From: Octopus vulgaris | Lineage: Eukaryota | Direction of reading: 5' to 3' | NCBI GenBank assembly: GCA_951406725.2 | Contig: OX597818.1 | Span: forward strand, 117,738,001-117,802,000 | Length of the DNA: 64,000 nt | Shown: positions 54,326 through 64,000 of the stretch, piece after piece | Position numbering within the stretch: the first letter of the stretch is position 1 | Layout: each line of letters starts with the position of its first letter | Notes under the pieces: generated by a model | Databases searched by the model: none | What the model saw: only the letters and a program-made list of their open reading frames with translations | What the model was told of the DNA's origin: nothing | Translations under genes and position numbers: made by a program

Positions 54326-55526
54326 AGAAGTATTAAGGTGAAGGTGTGAAACATGATTATAAAAAATCGCTCAAAGCTAGGTATGAACAACATACTAACA
54401 CTTTCTTCAACATGTATAGAAAAAATAATGTTACTTCTCTGAAGCAGCAAATTTGTAAAACATGGGAGCTGGGAACTACGAATACAAGTTCCCGCTGGGA
54501 ATAACAGTTAATGACGCTGATTCTTCAAATTGACCAAAAGCAACACGAGACGTGTAGCCTCATGATACAGTAACTAAGTATATTCAACAGGAGGCTTACA
54601 ACATATTTGTTCACAAAACAGAAAATTTCCGCAGGAGCGCCGTATCAGAATAGTAGTAGACAAAATCTTTGGAGAAACGGCAATATTAATAAGGGTCATA
54701 ATTAGAGAGACAAGGAGGAAAATGGACAGGAAAATATAATTGATAGATAGCATGCATCTAAGAAGAAATTTCTGTTACAAAAACATGAAGGAACATGCAT
54801 CATAAAGTTTGTATTTCAACCAAAATCTCAATACATACATACACAGACACACACACACATACATACATACATACATACATACATACATACATACATACAT
54901 ACATACATACATACACACGTACATATAGAGAAAGAAACAGACACAGATACACACATACAAACATGCATGCATGTGTATATATACATCCATGCACTACCCA
55001 TACATACACACACACAGATGAATACATGACATAAGTACATAGGGATATATATATTTATATATATATCCGTATCTTTCTCACTATCTATATACCTCTATCT
55101 CTCTCTCTCTCTCTCTCTATCTATCTACCTACTTACCTACCTATTTATCTATATATCTATCTATCTACTTTATGGCTCGTACCTTTTCTTACTCCCCTGT
55201 ATAATTGTCAAGTTGCCTTCTCTCCGTCTCTCCATTTTAAAAAGAAAGTATATCGTTCTGTAATTTCGTATCTACTCTACATTTTTCTCCTCCGTTCTTT
55301 CCTGTCCTGTCCCTTCCCTCTCTGTGTCTCTGTCCCTCAATTTATTAGCTTCACTCTCCCTTTACTACAAATTTCAACATTCTCTCAACAAAGTATGCAA
55401 CCCCAGTTCTGCCATATCACATTGCTTATTTGATATTTGGAAACGGCAAAAGTTGACACATTCACACACACAACATACACTGACATATAACTTTTACATA
55501 TAACACCAACACACGCAAAATACACT

Positions 55527-55568
<42 letters not shown>

Positions 55569-55710
55569 ACGAAAACTACATGCAAAGTACTTGACGTGTA
55601 TACAACACACCCACGCAAACATTTGCACGCATACATACCACACATACATAATGAAACAGAAAACATGTAACAAAACGGAAACTTTCAATGGCAGTGGGTG
55701 TGTGTGTATG

Positions 55711-55744
<34 letters not shown>

Positions 55745-56012
55745 TACATAAATACATAAGCATATCATAAACATATGTATATATATATATGTATATTATA
55801 TATGCATATATATTCATATATACGTGTATGTATGAGTGTGTGTGTGTGTCTGTATACATGAATGAAAGTGTAGTAGGGTGTACATGCATATACATCATTG
55901 ACAAAGCAGTCGGCACATACTCTTATATCAATGGTAATCCGGTTGGCGTACATGCTTGTATATATATATCAATTACAAATTAGTTGTGTAATAATATTGA
56001 TGGTAAAACAGA

Positions 56013-56062
<50 letters not shown>

Positions 56063-57399
56063 ATGTAAATACATACAGCTAACTGTGACAGAGATGGTAA
56101 TACTTGTGCAGGCATACGCACATATTTACACACTCCCTCCGATCTCTCTCTCTTACCCAACATATATATAATACATATTTATATATATATATATTTATAT
56201 ATATATATACATATATACAAATATATATGTGTGTGTGTGTGTAAGCATAAAAATATAGATATATTTATATATTTAACATGCGCACAAATATATGTTTACA
56301 GCCAAAAATATAACTATATTAATAAAATATCCATATGCCATTCTACACTTGAAGATCTTCCTGTCTCATAAGTTACCTACTCAATCATCAGTGTTGCGGC
56401 AGAAATTTTAATATTAAGCATATCTAATTCCATGTAGCATGTCAGTGTTTGGTTTTTTTCTTGCAAAAGAAAGATAGATCGTTAAAACAAATGGAACCAT
56501 AAAAAATAAACCTAATTTATGCACATTCATGATGCGTTTAAATTCAGATGTAAATAAATTCCCATTAAACCTAATCTACTTCGTTGAGAAGGTACTAAAT
56601 AGATTTAGATTTTTAACTGTTCGAATATTTTACAACATCTAATTAAAAATCCAGTCACTTGTTAATGAGGCAAATCTTAATCTACTGGCATTCACACTCC
56701 GAAATATATATAGGTATATATTAGACATATATTTCACACTCCATTTGTTCGTTTCAATTTTGGTTGAAGCAGTCTTCCAAATTGAGTGCTAGTACAAATT
56801 ACATATCTATAATTACAAAACTTCTCTCCCGCCACTGATGATTATGTATGTAACACATGATACTTTGTAATCTCAAAGTCTGGAGATTGTACCGATATAT
56901 ACAGTTTTATTTGTAATAATTGAGTGTGTTGTTGCCGTTAACACTTACCTTAATTAGCCTTAGCTCATTAATTTGCTATACTGCATTTGAAATGGGAAGC
57001 ATATTTCTAATAATACTCATTTCCGTAGAGTCCGACATCATGTCAGTGGCGTCGTCTGCGTATGTGACACGCCTCTGCTGTGATCTAATTCCTGTGGAAT
57101 ACACTTCAAGCTCTCCAGCCCTCGCAGCAAATGTTCAAATGCGAATACATATAAAGGCTAGCTTAAGGTTACTCGCTCTATGCGCGGCTGAGAGTGTGGT
57201 TGTTACTTTCTGTTTCTTATCGCCACATTCTCTCTCTTTGTTTCTCTCTCCTTTCTCACTTTCCCACTCTCTTACACTTCCTTTCTCTCTGACACTCCCT
57301 CGCTTTGCCTTACTCTCTATCTCTCTCTCATTTATAAAAAACAAAAGATCTCGATTAAGTTGAGAAAGAAATTATTTTGAAAGATCAGTCATAAATATC

Positions 57400-58319
57400 A
57401 AGCAGTGACAACGGAAAGCACACTTGCCACTATTTGACCGATTAAAAATAAGGAAAAAAAAAGGATTTCTTTGTTAAATTTAGTACTTATTTGGGGAATT
57501 TTTCGACGATTGACCATGCAAATGAAAGCTGTAAATTTCTTTCAGAAAAAAACGAAAGCTGTAAACAATAAAAATTAAAAGGCAAAAGTGCCTAAAATGA
57601 GAAATTCTTTTCAATTTCAAATATCTTGCCTTAATTTTCAAAATTTCGAACCCATTTTCCGCGCTAAAATTACAAATCCGCTTCCACTTTACCATGTTGA
57701 AAATTTGATTGAAATCGGGCAGAAGGTGTCCAATCTAGACTCCCCAAGTGTCCCTAAAAATCAATAAAATCTCAGGTTTCACAGCAAAGCAACCACTGTA
57801 GCGCCCCAAAACATATCCCAATCAATTTCTCACCTCAAGTTACCCCCTCCTGAAAAATTTAATCCCCTTTCAGCCCCATTTAGACCCCTTTTTACATAAA
57901 AAATCCAATTTGCATCAGCGTTCGCGGGAATATTTAAACTTTTGCGGCTGTCAACGCTTTCTCTCTATAGACAGACGTACAGTGAGAGAGGTGGTGGGAG
58001 AAAAAGTGACAGAGAGACGAAGCTGTCAAATGTCGTTATAGAGAGAACGTGGAGGGAAGGAAGGAAAGAGACAGATCGAGGAGGACAGGGTGATATCCGA
58101 AAGGGAGAAACGACAAACACTTGTCAAAGTCTGGGTTTTGTTGCCCTAGTAACCACAGCTTTTGAGATAGTTTCTAACCTAGTCCAGTCGCATCCTCACC
58201 TCTTTTTCCATGTCCCTGTAAATTTTGGAGCCAATCCGACCCCATCTACCGGCCCTTAAACCGTTCCCATCCCAAAATGAGACAAACAAATTTTTCGCAT
58301 TTCAGCTTTATATATAAGA
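57400..58319 (-). mobile_element. Possible Helitron/Helentron-like element (only the 5' end is clear)
   Basis: Minus strand starts tcttatatataaagctgaaatg, like the other Helitron 5' ends here; no 3' CTAG hairpin identified; left boundary is a guess. Confidence 0.35.
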
Positions 58320-58439
58320 CGATTGTTACTGTTGTTTAGCCCTAGGAAACATCATTTCCAACTGGCTATACGACACAATATCTGTGTTCTAATATTTTCG
58401 AACAAGGTGTTCAGCATCCCCATCCAGGGCAAAGCAGCA

Positions 58440-59690
58440 TCTGTCGACTGGTTCCTGGGTTAGTGCCCTTTATCAGTACAGAGTAGCCGTAACACCGCGC
58501 ACATCTGCTTCGAATAAGAGAGCTCTAGTCACTGCTCTCCGTCGCAAATCGAATTCTAGCTTTGTTGCCGTTATGTGCCCCCGCTACTCCTGCCCAACCA
58601 TGGCTTTTGAGCCTTCATACTTCAGCTCACGCATTCTAGATCATACAATGCAACCTTCGTCTTCACGCCGAAAAAATTGTCAAGTGTCATTCGCCGCTAA
58701 CACGTCCTTCGGTATTCCTCTTCTATGTGCCACTTCTAAGTTACTAACTAGTTTATTTTCTATTCTATTGTTCTCTCAGGCAATATCTTTCCTAAAATTA
58801 ACTGATATCTCTGTGATTTTTCTTTTTAAGGAAATCGTCACCTTTTGCTGATGATAGACCGCGTCGATTCTCACTTAACTAGTATGGTAATCCGATCCTT
58901 GATATCTTTCAATGTGGGGAAGGATCTGTTTATTTTCCTGTAGCCGGATCCTTTTCTAATTGTGTATTCTAAACTGACTTTAAGGGTCGCAAATTCGTAA
59001 CCTGAATAGGCAGCAACCCGAAACAGAGCAATTTATTCTATGCCTATCTCTTAGACTGATAAAAACCCTGTCTGAGAATGACCTGGATTACCCACTGTAA
59101 TTTGACCATGTCTGTATTGGTGTATTAGGAAATCAAAGCGAAACCTGTCGTAGAGATGGACATGTCTTGGAGAGTTTGCGAGGCCTTTGCACCCTACCCT
59201 CCAATCACGTACTCACACACAATCCTTGCGTGTGTCCATGATCTCATTCCACTTGTCCACTAACAGAAGTGAGCGAGGTGTTTCAAGAAAAGTCTTAAGA
59301 TGTATAAACAACCACTAATCTTAAGGTTGCACTGTTGCCTTCCTTGCTACGTACGTACAAGTCCACTAACCTACCGTCCGTGTCTATGAAATCGGTATTC
59401 GCTTTCACGTTAAGGTCTTTCGGAAACAACATTGTGATGCCACTTGGTCCAACTGGAGGGTACATGAACCGCGTGGTCCTTCAGAAGCAGAGAAAGCGAT
59501 TGCGTTTCGGAAATTCTAGTGTGAATGATGGCTACTGTATGTAGATCTAGTAACCCGAGGCCGTTGAGCAGATGACACTTCCTCCCTGTCCTCATGTCAT
59601 GAACATTTATACAGCATATTCTTAGAATTTTTTGATGAGGGAAAGACACTAGCTACCCTAGTCTTTGGGTGGTCACTTTTCAGGCCTCTG
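58440..59690 (-). mobile_element. Decayed L1/Tx1-like LINE ORF2 N-terminus (APE endonuclease region)
   Basis: ILRICCINVHDMRTGRKCHLLNGLGLLDLHTVAIIHTRI (APE motifs I/II), DGRLVDLYV, TWSNYSG*SRSFSDRVFI. Confidence 0.65.
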
Positions 59691-59869
59691 CATGGGCCTT
59701 TTTATATTCTTTTTTATTATAACGTTTTGAACCCCCCCCCCCACACACACATCATGGGAGAAATGTTTCCTCAAAATATGTTACGTGGTGGGAGTTATTC
59801 TTACCAAAACTATCCCTTCTGATGCTTTGGAAATGATAACAGCGTCAGGACCCTTGCAATAATAATAGT

Positions 59870-60300
59870 TTCAAATGTTGGTAAATGGTCAGCAATTTTT
59901 TGAGAGGACGTTAGTCGATTACATCGAATTTAAAAAACTTGGCTGAATTTAAACTTAGGACATAAAAACGGACGAAATGCTACTAAACGTTTTTCCAGCA
60001 CGGTAACGATTCTGGAACTTCGTCACCTTGCTTCTTAATATTGGTTAAAACTTTGACACAAGGCCAGCAATTTCGAGCAATGGGCTAAGTTGATTACATC
60101 GACCCCAGTGCGTAACTGGTACTTAATTTATCGATCCCGAAAGGATGAAAGGCAAAGTCGACCTCGGAGGAATTTGAACTCACAACATAACGGCAGACGA
60201 AATATGGCTACGCATTTCGCCCAGCGTGCTAACGTTTCTGCCAGCTCAAATACCGCTAAGCGTTTTTTCCGGCACGGTAAGGATTCTGGAAGCTCACCCC
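59870..60300 (-). mobile_element. Two tandem family D SINE copies
   Basis: gattacatcga...ggatgaaaggcaaagtcgacc...gtgctaacgtttctgccagctc; partial copy at 59870-60030. Confidence 0.78.
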
Positions 60301-60819
60301 TTTACAACTTAAATTTAATTTTGCAAATCAGAAATATTTACACGAAAGTCTTTAAGGGGAAATAAAACATGAAATGCAACTCTTTACTAAGGCACGTTAG
60401 GACATCAGGCATACCTATTCGACTCTAATGCAAGTATTGTTGCCTCATGTTCCCAGGAACCAGTTATTTGTATGTTGAATAGGTTGGTGTAGATAAACAC
60501 CTAATCCTTCAGAGCAGAGTTGTTTCAGTTCGTTATTTTATACTTCTATTATTTATACTAAGACCCCGTAACTTATTTCTTTCCTGTGTTACAAACTCAA
60601 GCTGCACCTCTGTTATCATTTATCGCACCACAAATACACGATTTTATCTATTAGTGGTCGGTCTGAATTTCGAAGGACGTTGAATCGCACTTCTTCATCT
60701 GCCTAATAACTTTTAGGTGTCATTGCCTTTTATGCAACAGCTGTTGTTGATATTTTCATTTTGCAGTTGTTGTTTAGTCCCAGGCAATTCATACAAAATT
60801 AAATTCCAGCCAAAACTAC

Positions 60820-61233
60820 GCAGGAGTGGCTGTGTGGTAAGTAGCTTGCTAACCAACCACATGGTTCCGGGTTCAGTCCCACTGCGTGGCATCTTGGGCA
60901 AGTGTCTTCTGCTATAGCCCCGGGCCGACCAATGCCATGTGAGTGGATTTGGTAGACGGAAACTGAAAGAAGCCTGTCGTATATATGTATATATATATAT
61001 ATATGTATGTGTGTGTTTGTGTGTCTCTGTTTGTCCCCCTAGCATTGCTTGACAACCGATGCTGGTGTGTTTACGTCCCCGTCACTTAGCGGTTCGGCAA
61101 AAGAGACCGATAGAATAAGTACTGGGCTTACAAAGAATAAGTCCCGGGGTCGATTTGCTCGACTAAAAGGTGGTGCCCCAGCATGGCCGCAGTCAAATGA
61201 CTGAAACAAGTAAAAGAGTAAAGAGTAAAGAGA
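60820..61233 (+). mobile_element. SINE family A, full length, young
   Basis: Intact head, B box gggttcagtccc, (gagtaaa)n tail. Confidence 0.92.
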
Positions 61234-61900
61234 GATAGTGCGTTACCAATATGTGGGATTACGTTATCCAATATGTTCTCTCCTTATTTGTTACGTCAAA
61301 ATGCGATTTGCAGACGATATGATGGTTTCATCTAATAAGGTCAATCAGCCACGTAAAGGCTTACCCTTCGGCACGTTTTGCTATCAGCAGAGGTGAAACA
61401 TGGTGGATATAGCGTTGCATGGTTCTGATACTTATTGTTAAGCGTGATTAAATGAATATTCTCCAGTCACAATCTGACAGATGCCTATTTATTCAATGCA
61501 AATTTGATGCCTTTTCTGACCCCACAGAAATGGCCTCTGCGTTGGTATGCGTTGTTGCACCTGCGATCTGTATTTAATTACCATGAATGGGTATTACAGG
61601 TGGGTGGTAGTGAGGATTTGTATACGAAGGGAGAGATATACATTTCGTGAGCAAATAAAAATTAGAAAAAATATAAAAATATAATATGGCGGTTGGATTA
61701 TATTATTGGAGAAAGAAGAAACAGCAAGCGTTTACTACTGAGAACTTCTTTGGGGCAAAATGAAATGATAATTGGTGATGGAGGAAGGAAATTGGAAAGA
61801 AAATGTTATTAATTATGAAGAATAAAACAAATCGAAAACGAGGCTAATGAGAAAGTTGAAGTGGGTGGGTCAAACAATAAAATCGGGAAGAATATTAAAA

Positions 61901-62260
61901 GTGTGGCTGTGTGGTAAGTAGGTTGTTTAGCAAGCACATCGTTCCAGGTTCAGTTCCACTGCGTGGGCCCTTGGGCAAGCGTCTTTTACCCACCAAAGCC
62001 CTGTGAGTGGATATGGTAGACGGAAGGTGAAAGAGGTTTGTCATTTATACATATATATATGTGTGTGTGTATGTTTGTGTGTCTATTTTTGTCCCCCAAC
62101 ACCGCTTGACAACCGATGCTGGTGTGTTTACGTCCGCGAAACTTGGCATTTCGGCAACAGAGCCCAATAGAATACGTACTAGGCTTACAAAGAATAAGTC
62201 CTCGGGTCGATTTTTCTCTACTAAAAGCGGTGTTCCAGCATGGCCGCAGTCAAATGACTA
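61901..62260 (+). mobile_element. SINE family A abutting the PLE
   Basis: Homology to the other copies; tail cut at the PLE junction. Confidence 0.85.
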
Positions 62261-63850
62261 AACTAAATTTAGTCGTTTGTTGTTTTTTATGCTATATTTG
62301 TTTAATATGTTTTTCATTTTGGGGCTTTGTAAGGATATTGGTAGGTTTGAATGTATGGTTTGGAACATGTTGGTAACTCCAGGGTTGTGCATGTTTATAA
62401 AAGGGATAATGTTTTCTTTGTTTTTTGTTTTGGGTGTCCTGAGTTGGTCGATGTCTAGTTTTAATGCTCTTGTGATTCCTTCTATAGGTTTAAGGGGGTA
62501 TTTTTGCTCTTGGAGGAAGTTTTTAAGTTCATCTAGTCTTATTAGTCGTATTTGTGAATCAGTTACTATGCTACATATTTGTCTTGCCATACTATATGGG
62601 ATGTTTCTTTTTGTGTGTGATGGGTGACAGGAGTGGAAATTTAAATATTGGTGTGTGTCAGTTTTTTTTGTAGTGGATGTCTGTTGTGACGATGGAGTTG
62701 TGTATTTTGATGTTGATGTCTAGGAAGGGAAGTTCGTTGTAGCTGGTATCTATTGTGAAGTTGATAGATGGATGCAGCGTATTGAGGATGTTGTGGAATG
62801 TTCGTAGGTCTTCTTCTGATCTGTTCCAAAAGATGAAGCAGTCATCGAGGTAGCGTTTCCACTTTTTCTTGATGTCTTCTTTGAAGTCGTGTTCGAAGAC
62901 TTTCCCTATTTCATCGTATAGTTTGTTCTCCAGGAAACCCATCACCAGGTTGGCATATGAAGATGCGAAGTTTGTACCCATAGCCGTGCCTTTTATCTGT
63001 CGGTATGTCTTGTTGTTGAATGAGAATGTATTTTCTTCGAGTATTAATTGGGTGGCTTGGGTGATAAAGTTTGTCTTGAAGCGTTCATCTATAAGTTCTC
63101 TGTATTTTTCTATCGATTGTTTTATTGCTTCTAGACCTAGGGTGTGTGGTATGTTTGTGTATATATTTGTGACATCAAAGCTTGCAAGTATGGTGTTTTT
63201 CGGGACTGTATTTGGAATGTGTGTGAGGAAGTCTATGTCATCCCTTATGTAGCTTGGTATCTGTGGGCATAAAGGTTTGAGGGGTATATCTATGAAGTGG
63301 CTTAGTTGTTGTGTTGGTACCTGGGGTCCTGCCACTATTGTTCTCATTGTGAGGTCTGCAGGCCTTTGTATTCTTATATAGTGGTTCCTCTGTTCCTTTA
63401 TGGCTCTCTGTATTTCAGAACTTTTATGAATTTTAGGTAATCCATAAAAATTGCTTTCTTTGGTTCTTGAGTTGTATAGATAGTCTTTTTCCTTATCTGT
63501 AAAGGAGTCCTGGTATTTATTAACTAAAGTTCTTATTTTTTTTATTGTTGATTTCTCCGGTGGTGTTGGTTCCTCTTTATAGTATGTCTGGTTGTTCAGT
63601 AACTCCAGTATCTTTTCTTTGTCGTAATCTGTATCCATAATTACTATTGCTCCACCTTTGTCAGCTTCTTTTATAATGATTGACATGTCATTTTTCAGTT
63701 TTTGTAAGGCTTGTTTTTCTCCTCTGCGGGAGATTCTGTTTGCATTTGTGTGTGTGGAGAGGGAATTTGGATATTGTCTCTATGTATGCGTCAAGGTGTT
63801 TGTCACTTCTCGTGTAAGGGCTGAAATGGGATTTTTTTCTTAAGATTGAG
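62261..63850 (-). mobile_element. Penelope-like retroelement (Poseidon/Neptune-type RT), truncated at both ends
   Basis: RT ORF at 62658-63686; frameshift at the T-run near 62662-62669; continues TDTHQYLNFHSCHPSHTKRNIPYSMARQICSIV; no GIY-YIG left. Confidence 0.93.
62658..63686 (-). pseudogene. PLE reverse transcriptase core, 342-aa open segment
   Basis: IIIKEADKGGAIVIMD, FYGLPKIHK, LASFDVTNIYTNIPH, YRQIKGTAMGTNFASSYANLVMG, WKRYLDDCFIFW, LPFLDINI. Confidence 0.92.
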
Positions 63851-63854
63851 TTAT

Positions 63855-63908
<54 letters not shown>

Positions 63909-63921
63909 TGTATATACACAT

Positions 63922-63958
<37 letters not shown>

Positions 63959-64000
63959 TTCATACATATATGTATATACACATACAAATATATATATATA

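Noticed and set aside
56920-57363. 147-aa hydrophobic ORF or homeodomain-site-rich enhancer
   Set aside because: TTG start, CT-rich low complexity, no recognisable domain; TAAT sites are expected by chance at this AT content.

Overview
AT-rich, microsatellite-saturated, repeat-only eukaryotic DNA. The SINE repertoire and (TA)n/(CA)n/(TAA)n load point to an Octopus (coleoid cephalopod) intron or intergenic region; this is an inference. I find no supportable host exon: almost all ORFs in the track are translations of simple repeats. Recognisable content: three Penelope-like element (PLE) relics (a Naiad-like RT, an RT+GIY-YIG copy with a 782-bp inverted duplicate, and a fairly intact RT), fragments of L1/Tx1-, RTE- and R4/Dong-type LINEs, two mariner derivatives, several non-autonomous Helitrons (one head-to-tail dimer), about 25 tRNA-derived SINE copies from 4-5 families with nested insertions, and a 191-bp tandem array. 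The most interesting signal is a set of short non-coding elements sitting between (TA)n tracts that carry type I hammerhead-ribozyme (HHR) motifs. One has a complete canonical HHR with an unusually large stem II domain inside a ~490-bp unit with a terminal direct repeat and a 400-bp inverted copy (13393-14345). Others are minimal HHRs with variant cores, including a U3-A8 compensatory pair (718-753) and a recurrent CUGUNGA core. Together they look like a retrozyme-like, PLE-mobilised, microsatellite-associated system. Local fold-back inversions recur throughout. All alignments and folds were done by eye.
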